A stretch of DNA of 64,000 nucleotides from NCBI GenBank assembly GCA_036479435.1, contig JAZGFI010000243.1, positions 32,001 through 96,000 on the forward strand, given 5' to 3'. Of this stretch, positions 40,965 through 50,020 are shown piece after piece. This DNA is from Planctomycetota bacterium. GTDB lineage: Bacteria; Planctomycetota; GCA-002687715; DRQF01. Below the pieces are notes generated by a model. The model had not been told where the DNA came from and searched no databases. It saw only the letters and a program-made list of their open reading frames with translations. Made by a program: the position numbers and the translations under genes. Every line of letters starts with the position of its first letter. Position 1 is the first letter of the stretch.

Positions 40965-42979
40965 CTGTCGTCTCTCTTTCTCGTAGGTCTCGGTTTTGAG
41001 GGCTTGTCTTTCTTCCATCCCGCTCGATGTGGCCGGTACCCCACCGAGTCTTTGCGGGCTGACTTTTTATCGGCTCCCTGGGCTTTCGCTCGGCGCGCCA
41101 AGATCGCCTCGCGTGGAGGGCGACCGGAGATCAAACATTCCTTGCCTTCACCAATCAAATCACTGCGGCCAGCCTCTTCGAGCGCACGCCGCACTTCGAA
41201 GTAGTTGTCGGGCTTAAAGAACTGCAACAAGGCGCGTTGCATCTTGCGATCGCGAACCTTGGTGGCAACTTTGATCGGCTTCATCGTGATCGGATCTATC
41301 CCGGTGTAGTACATGGTCGCGGCCACGTCCATTGGCGAGGGGATAAAGTCCTGGACGGCATCGGGTCGGTGGCCGTGGCGCTTAAGGTAAAGGGCGAGGT
41401 CGATCATCTCCTCCAGCCCGCTCCCGGGATGGGACGAGATGAAGTAGGGAACGAGAAATTGTCTTTTTCCCGCCTTGCGACTACCCGCGTTGAAGGCATC
41501 GACAAAACCGGAGAAGTTGTCGATCTTCGGTTTCTTCATGGCCTTGAGTACGTCGGGGTGCGTGTGCTCGGGAGCCACCTTGAGCATCCCGCCGACGTGG
41601 TGCATGGCGAGTTCTTCGACGTACTCCGGGTCGAGCTGCGCCAAGTCAGTTCGGATACCGCTCGCGACGAACACTTTGCGTACGTGCTTTTTCTCGCGCA
41701 CATCCTTCATCAGCTTTTTTAGTGGGCTGTGGTCGGTGCCGAGGAGTTTGCAGATTTTGGGGTGGACGCAGGATAAGCGGCGGCATTTGGCCTCGACCTC
41801 GGGCTTCGTGCAGCGCATTTCGTACATATTGGCGGTCGGGCCGCCAATGTCCGAAATCACTCCGGTGAATCCCTCTTGACCTTCCAAGGCGTCTACTTCG
41901 CGCTTGATGGAAGCGGCCGAGCGGGATTGAATGATTCGTCCCTGGTGGGCGGTGATGGAACAAAAAGTACAGCCACCAAAACAACCGCGCATGATTGTCA
42001 CGGAGTTCTTGATGGCCTCGTAGGCGGGAATCTTTCCTTGGTAACTTGGATGCGCGGTGCGCAAGTAGGGGTGGTCGTAGGCCGCATCCATGCCCGCGGT
42101 GTCGAGTGGCAAGGACGGCGGGTTTTGAACCACCGTGCGATCCCCGTGTTTTTGAATCAGGCGCCGGCCGTTCAAGGGGTTGCTTTCGCGGTGAATGATC
42201 CGCGTCGCGTTCGCAAAGGCGCGCTTATCGGCCTTCACCTCTTCAAAAGACGGCAGTTCAGCGCTGGAGTCCCGAGGAGTACCGGGCCCATTCATCACGG
42301 CGTCAAACTCTGGGAGCGTTTCCGTCTTTCCCAGAAAGTAGGCCGTGCCCCGCAAGTGCCGCAACTCAGCGATTTTTTTCCCGGCATCTAACTCGCGCGC
42401 GATTTCGACGATCAAAGACTCGCCCATGCCAAAGGCAACTAGGTCGGCCTTTGAACTCACGAGGATCGATGGCTTGACCGTATCACTCCAAAAATCGTAG
42501 TGCGCGACGCGACGCAAAGAGGCTTCGACGCCGCCCGCGACCACCGGAACGCCGGGGAAAGCTTCGCGGCAACGCTGGGCGTAGACGTTAGTCGCACGGT
42601 CAGGACGCAGTCCCGATTTCCCCCCCGGCGAGTAGGCGTCGTCAGATCGCGGCTTTCGGTTCGCCGTGTAGTGATTGATCATCGAATCCATGTTCCCGGC
42701 AGAAACGCCGAAGAACAGACGCGGAGCCCCGAGCCGGCGGAAGTCGTCGGCGGTTTTCCAGCTCGGCTGTGCGATGATCCCGACTCTATATCCTGCGGCC
42801 TCTAAGGAACGGCCCAAGATCGCCGCCGCAAAAGAGGGATGATCGACGTAGGCATCGCCGCTGACGAGGATCACATCGAATTCACTCCAGCCACGGTCGG
42901 CCGCTTCTTCACGCGACATCGGCAAGTGCTGCCTCGGAGCACTCTGCGACGGGGCCACATTTTTGCTTGGCTTCGACAT
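40961..42979 (-). CDS. ygiQ: YgiQ-family (UPF0313) radical SAM protein
   Basis: GDAYVDHPSF, RGCFGGCTFC, DIGGPTANMY, APEH. Confidence 0.92.
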   Translation of the reverse strand: MSKPSKNVAPSQSAPRQHLPMSREEAADRGWSEFDVILVSGDAYVDHPSFAAAILGRSLEAAGYRVGIIAQPSWKTADDFRRLGAPRLFFGVSAGNMDSMINHYTANRKPRSDDAYSPGGKSGLRPDRATNVYAQRCREAFPGVPVVAGGVEASLRRVAHYDFWSDTVKPSILVSSKADLVAFGMGESLIVEIARELDAGKKIAELRHLRGTAYFLGKTETLPEFDAVMNGPGTPRDSSAELPSFEEVKADKRAFANATRIIHRESNPLNGRRLIQKHGDRTVVQNPPSLPLDTAGMDAAYDHPYLRTAHPSYQGKIPAYEAIKNSVTIMRGCFGGCTFCSITAHQGRIIQSRSAASIKREVDALEGQEGFTGVISDIGGPTANMYEMRCTKPEVEAKCRRLSCVHPKICKLLGTDHSPLKKLMKDVREKKHVRKVFVASGIRTDLAQLDPEYVEELAMHHVGGMLKVAPEHTHPDVLKAMKKPKIDNFSGFVDAFNAGSRKAGKRQFLVPYFISSHPGSGLEEMIDLALYLKRHGHRPDAVQDFIPSPMDVAATMYYTGIDPITMKPIKVATKVRDRKMQRALLQFFKPDNYFEVRRALEEAGRSDLIGEGKECLISGRPPREAILARRAKAQGADKKSARKDSVGYRPHRAGWKKDKPSKPRPTRKRDDR

Positions 42980-43078
42980 GCCTTGTATTCCAGTGAGCTG
43001 ATTGGAGCGAAGAGCTAAAAGTAGCCTTGAACAGGATCAGGATCGACCCGCACCATCTTGGACGAAAGCAGCGGGGAT

Positions 43079-43114
43079 AAAAAGAGACGGCATAGCCTTA
43101 GTGGCTACGCCGTC
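43079..43114 (-). terminator. Intrinsic terminator after tRNA-Lys
   Basis: Minus strand reads GACGGCGTAGCC-ACTAA-GGCTATGCCGTC-TCTTTTT. Confidence 0.75.
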
Positions 43115-43122
43115 CCTAAAGG

Positions 43123-43195
43123 TGCCCGCACCAGGGATCGAACCTGGGACCCACGGATTAAGAATCCGTTGCTCTGCCTACTGAGCTATGCGGGC
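43123..43195 (-). tRNA. tRNA-Lys (CTT)
   Basis: Acceptor GCCCGCA/TGCGGGC; anticodon arm ACGGA-TT CTT AA-TCCGT; T loop GGTTCGATCC. Confidence 0.95.
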
Positions 43196-43252
43196 GTCCT
43201 CGTAAACCGCGGCAAGCGACCCCAAAGAGTCGCTTGCCGCCCGCTTACCGAG

Positions 43253-43327
43253 GGAGGGCGAGGGGGGTCGAACCCCCGACCTTCCGGATCACAACCGGAT
43301 GCTCTAACCAACTGAGCTACGCCCTCC
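43253..43327 (-). tRNA. tRNA-His (GTG) with encoded G-1
   Basis: G-GAGGGCG/CGCCCTC-C; anticodon arm TCCGG-TT GTG AT-CCGGA. Confidence 0.95.
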
Positions 43328-43436
43328 ACACCCTCGTCACGAAGACGAGTCATCGCTCGGGTCGGGCTTTTGTTCCCTTGCCCGAGCAACCGCCGCAACC
43401 AAGAGCCTGAGCTCCAGTTCCGACTAGGGGCGGCGT

Positions 43437-43465
43437 AAACTATCCAAGGCTAAAAGGAGCGTCAA
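43437..43465 (-). promoter_or_regulatory. Sigma70-type promoter for the His-Lys tRNA operon
   Basis: Minus strand TTGACG-17 nt-TAGTTT followed by GC-rich ACGCCGCCCC (discriminator-like). Confidence 0.6.
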
Positions 43466-43788
43466 GAAAGCCAGCAAAAGACTTGAGATCAGGACGGCAA
43501 ATGCGGTCTCAACCGAGGCCTTAGCGCGAAGCTATCCCCGCTTTGAGCCCCGCGCAGAGGCAACATGAGATCGTCCCCACCGGTGTCGAGCCCCAGCGTT
43601 TTCAGGCCAGATGACCCATTTTTGTGGTTCTGAGGGCTAAAAACCACGGTTCTCGCAAGAATTTGGCCCCTATTCGCGATTTTGAGCCTTGTTCTGTCGG
43701 GCAAGCGACTTAGGATTTGCCGGAATGGGCGGGAAAGCGGTTCCCAACCCTTTTGTGCAGATAACGGTCACGACAAGGAACTGGAACA

Positions 43789-44004
43789 ATGGCTAAAAAG
43801 GCAAAAAAGAAAACTAGCGGTCGCAAGAGCCTCGACACTTTGATCGTCGGCAGCAAAGTCAAAGCCGCCATCAAAGAAAACGGTTGCATGACTTCGGGTG
43901 AACTCCTCGAAGCCCTCAACAAGACCGTTCACGAAATCCTCGACGGTGCCTGCGAACGCGCGCAAAACAACAAGCGCTCCACCGTTCGCGCTCACGACGT
44001 CTAG
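43789..44004 (+). CDS. Bacterial histone-fold protein with Lys-rich N-terminal tail
   Basis: LIVGSKVK...MTSG...LN...RAQNNKRSTVRAHD carries the histone RxTxxxxD motif; AAGGAA RBS. Confidence 0.88.
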   Translation: MAKKAKKKTSGRKSLDTLIVGSKVKAAIKENGCMTSGELLEALNKTVHEILDGACERAQNNKRSTVRAHDV

Positions 44005-44091
44005 AAAAAAGAGTTCGGTATTGAGCTAGTTGATCCACAGCTGGGCTTGCAGTCCGGTCCGAGGGTCGTCAAACTCATCCGCGGATGCTTT

Positions 44092-44129
44092 AACGAGCCG
44101 GTGTCGCAAGCAAACGATGCCGGCTCGTT
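44092..44129 (+). other. 15-bp stem hairpin without U-tract between histone gene and tRNA-Arg
   Basis: AACGAGCCGGTGTCG-CAAGCAAA-CGATGCCGGCTCGTT. Confidence 0.65.
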
Positions 44130-44140
44130 CATCGAGCAGA

Positions 44141-44213
44141 GCCCCCGTAGGCTAACTGGATAGACCGCTGGCCTCCGAAGCCGGAAGTTCAGGTTCGAGT
44201 CCTGACGGGGGTA
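44141..44213 (+). tRNA. tRNA-Arg (CCG)
   Basis: Acceptor GCCCCCG/CGGGGGT; anticodon arm CTGGC-CT CCG AA-GCCGG; T loop GGTTCGAGTCC. Confidence 0.93.
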
Positions 44214-44223
44214 CTCCGATTTG

Positions 44224-44251
44224 GGAGGTGCGCGGCGCGCACCTCCTTTTT
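44224..44251 (+). terminator. Intrinsic terminator after tRNA-Arg(CCG)
   Basis: GGAGGTGCGC-GGC-GCGCACCTCC-TTTTT. Confidence 0.75.
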
Positions 44252-44268
44252 CTTAGATTCAAAAATCG

Positions 44269-44342
44269 GCGCCCATAGCTCAGTTGGATAGAGCACCGGA
44301 TTTCTAATCCGTAGGTCGCAGGTTCAAGTCCTGCTGGGCGTA
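44269..44342 (+). tRNA. tRNA-Arg (TCT)
   Basis: Acceptor GCGCCCA/TGGGCGT; anticodon loop TT TCT AA; T loop GGTTCAAGTCC. Confidence 0.93.
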
Positions 44343-44391
44343 CTTCGCGGCCCTCGCCGCTAAACTGCCATTTGATATTCGACCGCACTTG

Positions 44392-44443
44392 GGGCTCCGC
44401 AAATCTGAGTGCGAATTCTGCGAACTTATTCTTGACCGAGCCC
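44392..44443. repeat. Partial/internally deleted copy of the 28216-28394 MITE
   Basis: CGCAAATCTGAGTGCGAATTCTGCGAACTTATTCTTGACCGAGCCC-TTA differs by 1 nt from the right end of the first copy; preceded by GGGCTC. Confidence 0.8.
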
Positions 44444-45244
44444 TTAGAGGCGAAGCAACTCGCCCTTGGCCGCCAACCACTCCTCTTGGACGCGCCACCC
44501 CGGGCACACTCGATCCAGAGTTGCCTGAAAGCCAGCACCATGATCAAAGTGAATGAGATGCGTCAGTTCGTGGGCGATGACGTAGTCCAAGACTTTGGGC
44601 TCGGCTAAGACCAAACGCCAGTTGAAGCTGATGGTCCCGGAGTTGGAGCAGCTCCCCCAACGCGTTTTTTGGCCCGCAATCCGAACTTTCCCCACCGTCA
44701 CCCCAAGCTCGCGGGCCCAATAGCGGCAGCGAGATTCGCAAACTTCGCGGGCGATGAATCGCAGGAGTGCCTCGAGCGCGCTCTTGATCACCTCAACGTC
44801 CAGCGGATCGGCCAACTGAAGTTCCACCCGCCCTTGTCGATAGCGAGCGCTCGGCCGGTCTCGGTTCCCTTTGACGTCCAAGGGACAAGATTGCCCAAAA
44901 AGCGGAAAATACCCCCCGTCGCCGTACTGCCGTGGCGCCGCTTGTTCGCGCAGGCGGTCGACTTCTTCGAGTCTCCCCAATACCCAGTCAGCCTGTTCTC
45001 GCAGAAAGGCCTCAGCATCGAGGTGGTGTTCATGGCCGCTCGGCACGACCACTTCCACCCCCTCCGCATAGCTGACCGAGACTTGGAGCCTTTGGGCTCG
45101 CCGACTCGCTCGTAAACGCCAAACGACACGGCGACCCGCTAGCTGAATGTGTCTGGCATTGGACAAGGGACATCCCCAAGGAGCGAAAGCGAGCATATTA
45201 GAGGCTTGGAGGGGCAGATCGGCTCCACGCCGCCCCAGAGCCAC
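44444..45244 (-). CDS. YgjP/SprT-like (M48/DUF45) zinc metallohydrolase (true start probably ~45163)
   Basis: QKTRWGSC, NWRL, YVIAHELTHL..HG..F. Confidence 0.88.
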   Translation of the reverse strand: MALGRRGADLPLQASNMLAFAPWGCPLSNARHIQLAGRRVVWRLRASRRAQRLQVSVSYAEGVEVVVPSGHEHHLDAEAFLREQADWVLGRLEEVDRLREQAAPRQYGDGGYFPLFGQSCPLDVKGNRDRPSARYRQGRVELQLADPLDVEVIKSALEALLRFIAREVCESRCRYWARELGVTVGKVRIAGQKTRWGSCSNSGTISFNWRLVLAEPKVLDYVIAHELTHLIHFDHGAGFQATLDRVCPGWRVQEEWLAAKGELLRL

Positions 45245-45447
45245 AAACGAGAAGAATTGGCGAAGATTTCGGGGAGCAGCTCCTATCTCGCCTCGTCTCC
45301 CCCTTCCTCGTATTCTGTATCGAAAATCAGATTCGAGCCTTTTCTTGATGCCAAAGGCAAAAGAAAGCTATAGAAGCCGTCACGGAAGGACGTTCTTGGG
45401 AGCATTCCCACAAGAAGCGAATTCCTTCCCAAACTGAGGAACCACTA

Positions 45448-46422
45448 ATGAAGCACCTCCGCACCAAATTCATGTCATCACTTGCCGTCTTCGCATTGGC
45501 CATGGCTCCGGCACTTGCCCAAGAGTCGGCGCCCGCCAAAGAAGAAGTCAAAAGCGTCACCTTCAAGTCAAAAGGCCTAGCCGTAAACGACAAAGTTGTC
45601 GTCACCGGCAAGTCGAGCATGAGCCAGACCATGAAGGTCGAATCCGACGGTCAAGTGCTCATGGAAAACAAGTCCAGCACGGAATCCAACATCCGCTCGA
45701 CCTGTGTGGTGAAAGCAGCCAAGGAGGGCAAGCCCACCAAAGTCTCGATCGTGTTCAACAAGATCGAGATCGAAGAGGAAGACCCGATGGCTGAAATGCA
45801 GGGTGTGGAATCCAAGTCGGCCAAAGTCCAAGCCTTGGATGGCAAGTCTTTTCTCCTCAACCTTAGCGCGGCCCCCATTGCCGTGACCGACCTAAAAGGC
45901 GAGGAGGTACCAGAATCTGAAGCCAAGACCGTGCGCGAGAGATTGGTTTCAAAATCCGGCAAGTTCATTGGTTTCGGCCCCGACGTCTCCAAGGCGATCC
46001 CAGATGGCGCGATGAAGATTGGCACCAAAATCGAACTAACGCCTTACTTGATCGCCGACATCCTCGGGATGACCGATGACGATCAAATTGGTGATCCGAA
46101 AGAATTCATCAGCGGCAGCATGACCCTGACGGGAACTCGTAAGGTCTTGGGCCATGAGTGCGGCGTCTTCGAGGTCAAAATGAAGCTCGACGGTTCACCC
46201 GAAACCGAGGGCGGCCCCGAACTCCAAATCAAAGGCTCACCGACCGGAGAGTTGCTCGTGGGCCTCGAGAACAAGTGGGTTTACCGCGCCGATGCCAAGG
46301 GCGACATCAACTTTACCGGCGAAATGGAACAAGGCGAGATGATCATTGAGCTCGACGGTTCCGCCAAGATCAAGTCCAACACGGTCTCGATCTTTTCGAA
46401 AGACAAACCGAAAGCGGAATAG
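45448..46422 (+). CDS. Secreted beta-rich hypothetical protein
   Basis: Signal ...APALA|Q; GAGGA RBS; followed by a terminator. Confidence 0.75.
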   Translation: MKHLRTKFMSSLAVFALAMAPALAQESAPAKEEVKSVTFKSKGLAVNDKVVVTGKSSMSQTMKVESDGQVLMENKSSTESNIRSTCVVKAAKEGKPTKVSIVFNKIEIEEEDPMAEMQGVESKSAKVQALDGKSFLLNLSAAPIAVTDLKGEEVPESEAKTVRERLVSKSGKFIGFGPDVSKAIPDGAMKIGTKIELTPYLIADILGMTDDDQIGDPKEFISGSMTLTGTRKVLGHECGVFEVKMKLDGSPETEGGPELQIKGSPTGELLVGLENKWVYRADAKGDINFTGEMEQGEMIIELDGSAKIKSNTVSIFSKDKPKAE

Positions 46423-46446
46423 TCGCTCCGAGCGAGAACTAAACTC

Positions 46447-46478
46447 AAGGGGCGCTTCTTCGGAAGCGCCCCTTTTTT
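46447..46478 (+). terminator. Intrinsic terminator
   Basis: AAGGGGCGCTTC-TTCG-GAAGCGCCCCTT-TTTT. Confidence 0.85.
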
Positions 46479-46536
46479 GTGGTTCTAAGGGTCGCTATCA
46501 AGTCATCCGACGCTCGACCCTTGGATTCAAAAGACC

Positions 46537-47910
46537 GTGCCATCTTCTTCCACACCATCCATCGAGACCAGCGAACTGTCTAGTTTTCGCCGCGAAGCCC
46601 GCGACCTGATGAAGCTAGCCGGTCCCGTCATCGGCATCCAGGTGGGCCTCATGGCGATGGGCTGTGTTGACAACATCATGGTCGGGCACGTTTCCAAAGA
46701 AGCCCTCGCGGGAGCGGCTCTCGGACACGCCTATACTTCGGCCTTGTTATTCATGTTCGCGGGCATCTTGATGGCGCTCGACCCCCTCGTTTCTCAAGCG
46801 AAGGGAGCCGAAGAAGCGAGCACGCTGTCCGACTTGTTCCAGCGGATGATCGTGGTTTCTTTGGCCCTCGGCCCCTTGGCTTCTCTTACGATGTGGTGGG
46901 GCGATGCCCCCATGCGTTGGTTTCAGCAGAATGAGACGATCATCCCCGAAGCGGCGCGATATGCACGCACCGTCGGCAGCTCCAGCTTGGCCTTCATATT
47001 AGTCGTCGGTTGCCGGCAGTTCTTTCAGGCCTTGGGGCGCACCAAACCACTGATCGTGGCCATCGTTATCGGCAACCTCATCAACTTAGCTGGCAACTGG
47101 TTACTGGTCTTCGGCAACTGGGGATTCCCCAAGATGGGGCTTTACGGTTCAGCCTGGTCGACTTCGATCTCGCGGTGGATCATGGCCGCCGCCATCTTGT
47201 TGGCGGCGCGTCCCCTCATGGCCGAGTTTTGGCAGGGTTGGAATCGCCGGGCGCACTCTTTTTTGGAATACCGCCGCATCTTTCGCCTTGGAGTGCCCGT
47301 AAGCCTCCACGTCAGCGTAGAACTCTGGGTTTTCTCTGCGGTGACTTTTTTGATGGGAACCCACGGCATTGCGGTTCAGGCCGGGCACAACGTCGCCATT
47401 GTCTGGGCGAGCCTAACTTTCATGGTTCCGCTCGGGATGGGAATGGCGGCCGCCACCCGTGTCGGTCAGGCTATCGGGAGACGTGACCAGCTCGGCGCCA
47501 AGACGGCCGCTAAGGTCGCTCTCGTCGTCGGTGGCGCCATCCAGATTCTGAGTGCCACCCTCTTTTTGGGTTTCCCGGCCCCCCTGGCCGCGATCTTCAG
47601 CGAAGACCGCGACACGCAAACCGTGGCCATTGCTTTGTTGCCAATCGCGGGATGTTTTCAGCTTTTTGACGGTGTGCAGTGCATCGCCTCGGGAGTCCTG
47701 CGAGGATTGGGCGACACCAAGACCCCCGCCCTCCTCGCTCTCGGGGGTTACTGGGGACTGGGGCTGCCATTGGGGGCACTACTCGTCTACAAAACCTCGC
47801 AAGGCTTCAGCGGTTGGTGGTGGGGACTATGTGCCGGCTTGGGAATCGTCGCCGTTATGTTGGTTTGGCGGATCGTTACCTCCTTCAACCGGGACATCGG
47901 GCGAGTTTGA
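46537..47910 (+). CDS. MATE family efflux transporter (NorM-like)
   Basis: LAGPV...VDNIMVG, TRVGQAIG, FQLFDGVQ...GVLRGLGDT. Confidence 0.93.
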   Translation: MPSSSTPSIETSELSSFRREARDLMKLAGPVIGIQVGLMAMGCVDNIMVGHVSKEALAGAALGHAYTSALLFMFAGILMALDPLVSQAKGAEEASTLSDLFQRMIVVSLALGPLASLTMWWGDAPMRWFQQNETIIPEAARYARTVGSSSLAFILVVGCRQFFQALGRTKPLIVAIVIGNLINLAGNWLLVFGNWGFPKMGLYGSAWSTSISRWIMAAAILLAARPLMAEFWQGWNRRAHSFLEYRRIFRLGVPVSLHVSVELWVFSAVTFLMGTHGIAVQAGHNVAIVWASLTFMVPLGMGMAAATRVGQAIGRRDQLGAKTAAKVALVVGGAIQILSATLFLGFPAPLAAIFSEDRDTQTVAIALLPIAGCFQLFDGVQCIASGVLRGLGDTKTPALLALGGYWGLGLPLGALLVYKTSQGFSGWWWGLCAGLGIVAVMLVWRIVTSFNRDIGRV

Positions 47911-48912
47911 CTACTCCCAGATCGCGATGTCAAACCGCCCCATTGAATTCGCCGCGCCGCGAAACATCCCTTTGGTGTTGAAGATCATGGCGATTTCTCC
48001 ACGAGCCGACACCGCAATGAGCCCGCCATCGCCACGCTCGAGTTTGTCAAACACGATGTGACGCGCGGCGTCTTCGAGCGTCATGGCGCGATACTCAACG
48101 AGAGCTCCAAGGTCTCTCGCCACCGATCGCCGGATGTACTCTTCCCCGGTCCCGGTGCAAGACACCGCGCAGTTGTTGTTGTCCGCCCAAGTACCAGCGC
48201 CGATGACGGGGGAATCACCGATTCGGCCCCAACGTTTGTTGGTCATCCCGCCGGTAGAGGTGGCAGCGGCGAGATTCCCCATCTTGTCCAGCGCGACGCA
48301 ACCGACAGTGCCTTTGCGGGTTTCAGTTGAGGCATCGTCGCGGCGAAGAGCCTTCTCGAGAGATCGGCGGCGCTTCGCGGTCGAAAAATAGTGGTTCGGT
48401 ACGCGCTCTACCTTGGTCGTGTCGGCGAACTCTTCCGCCCCATCGCCCATCAAAAAGACATGCCGGGTGTTCTCCATGACGCGCCTTGCCAGGGTAATGG
48501 GATGCCGAATAGTCCTCACTCCGGTCACGGCTCCGCAAGAAAGGTCACGCCCGTCCATGATCGACGCATCCAACTCGTGCGTTGCGTCATGAGTAAACAC
48601 CGCTCCCTTACCTGCGTTGAATCGCGGATCATCCTCGAGGCGCCGCACGACGGCCTCTACGGCGTCGAGCGCCGACCCTCCGCTTTCGAGCCGGCGCCGA
48701 CCTTCCACTAAAGCCGCACGCAAAACTTGGCGGTAGCCATCAATCTGGTCGGCCGGAAGATCTTTCGGGATGACGCCTGCACCGCCGTGGAGTGCCAGGG
48801 CCCAGGCTGGCGACGGGTGGTCCCGGGGGCTCATTTCGCCGTCCGCGACCGCCGCACAGCCGACGCTCAACACCAGACAACATGCCAAAAGAGTCGTTAA
48901 AAGCCCATTCAC
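47911..48912 (-). CDS. iaaA: Isoaspartyl peptidase/L-asparaginase (Ntn hydrolase) with signal peptide
   Basis: LHGGAG, FNAGKG, G|TVGCVALD, TSTGG, GRIGDSP, SCTGTGE. Confidence 0.9.
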   Translation of the reverse strand: MNGLLTTLLACCLVLSVGCAAVADGEMSPRDHPSPAWALALHGGAGVIPKDLPADQIDGYRQVLRAALVEGRRRLESGGSALDAVEAVVRRLEDDPRFNAGKGAVFTHDATHELDASIMDGRDLSCGAVTGVRTIRHPITLARRVMENTRHVFLMGDGAEEFADTTKVERVPNHYFSTAKRRRSLEKALRRDDASTETRKGTVGCVALDKMGNLAAATSTGGMTNKRWGRIGDSPVIGAGTWADNNNCAVSCTGTGEEYIRRSVARDLGALVEYRAMTLEDAARHIVFDKLERGDGGLIAVSARGEIAMIFNTKGMFRGAANSMGRFDIAIWE

Positions 48913-49057
48913 CGCATCACCCCCTGATAATTCCCCACAGTCGTTCTGCAAGCTGTACGATCGCAGAGTTAGATCCGAGATCCAAGTGTTCGGTCTAGAT
49001 ATCCTTCTCGCGTCGCCAATTCCGGCTGGCGCCGAAAGCCGTTGTGGAGAATCCCCT

Positions 49058-49984
49058 ATGGAGCCGAGTTCCTTTAACGTCGTCATCGACCAAAGTCACT
49101 TCAAACTTCGCGAGAGTTCTCTCGAGTACATCGCGAAAAAGATCGAGAAACTGGACCTTTGGACTCGCAAGTTCCCCCGGCGCTCTTGCCATATCTCCCA
49201 AGAGCATTCCGAACGCGAGGGCACCCATCGATTCACGATTTCCTTGGATCTCTCCAACGCTACGCTCGTGGGACACGCCGAAGAAAAACACCTTCGCGGA
49301 GCTTTCGATCGCGCCTTCAAAAAACTCATGCGCCAGTTGAATGAGTTCAAACAACTCCTCCGCCGCGAGCACCTAAAGGGCAAGACGCCAGCGGCCGGAC
49401 ACGCGCCGACGCCAGCGAGTTTTCCCTACGCTTCTCCCGAACACGAACTTGAGGTCTTTCGAAAGGACGCCCAGCAGGCGCGCCGCTCCCTAGAGGATTT
49501 CTTGGAGTTCGAGATTCGCCTCTTGCAGCAGCGCCAACCCGAATTCAAAGTTGACCAAAGCTCTTTCTGCGAACGGGTGATGGAGGAGGCCATCAGCAAA
49601 GGTGAGGATAAGCCGCGCCGGGTTAGCGCCCGGGGTTGGCTTTTTGAGGTGGGGCTTCGCATGCTCGAAGAGGAAGCCGCGAAGGCTCCAAAGGTCCAAC
49701 CGCAGGCGGGGGCCAACGATCTGAGTAGCACCGCATCCCTGCTCAAGGCCTTTTTCGTCGAAGACGGTGAGCCGACTCCTCATGACTTTGATCGCTTGCT
49801 GGGGGCGCGGCTAGCCGAACTGCCCCGAGATTGGCGACGGTGTTTCCGTTTGCACTACGTTGAAGACCTCGACGTCGAGTCGATCGAAAGAATCCTCGAA
49901 CTCTCGCGTGAACAGGTGGAGTTTCGACTTCGCGGTGCTTCGGAGTTTCTGCGTGACCACCTTGAAGAAAATGGTGGACGCTAA
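49058..49984 (+). CDS. HPF/RaiA-like domain fused to a sigma70 region-4 (ECF-like) domain
   Basis: N-terminal YIAKKIEKL...AFDRAFKKLMRQL; middle ARGWLFEV; C-terminal LAELPRDWRRCFRLHYVEDL..IERIL..V..RL..A...LR; GGAG RBS. Confidence 0.75.
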   Translation: MEPSSFNVVIDQSHFKLRESSLEYIAKKIEKLDLWTRKFPRRSCHISQEHSEREGTHRFTISLDLSNATLVGHAEEKHLRGAFDRAFKKLMRQLNEFKQLLRREHLKGKTPAAGHAPTPASFPYASPEHELEVFRKDAQQARRSLEDFLEFEIRLLQQRQPEFKVDQSSFCERVMEEAISKGEDKPRRVSARGWLFEVGLRMLEEEAAKAPKVQPQAGANDLSSTASLLKAFFVEDGEPTPHDFDRLLGARLAELPRDWRRCFRLHYVEDLDVESIERILELSREQVEFRLRGASEFLRDHLEENGGR

Positions 49985-50020
49985 CTAAGACTCATCGCCG
50001 TCTTCCCCAGGAATCCATCC

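Noticed and set aside
43209..43240. Perfect 12-bp hairpin between tRNA-His and tRNA-Lys as a separate ncRNA or terminator
   Set aside because: No U-tract; most simply a spacer structure in the tRNA precursor.
44015..44080. tRNA-like stem-loop CTGGG-CTTGCAG-TCCGG after the histone gene
   Set aside because: No acceptor stem and no TTC T-loop, so not a credible tRNA.
44269..44443. Integrative element/att site at tRNA-Arg(TCT)
   Set aside because: No integrase and no duplicated tRNA 3' end seen in the window.
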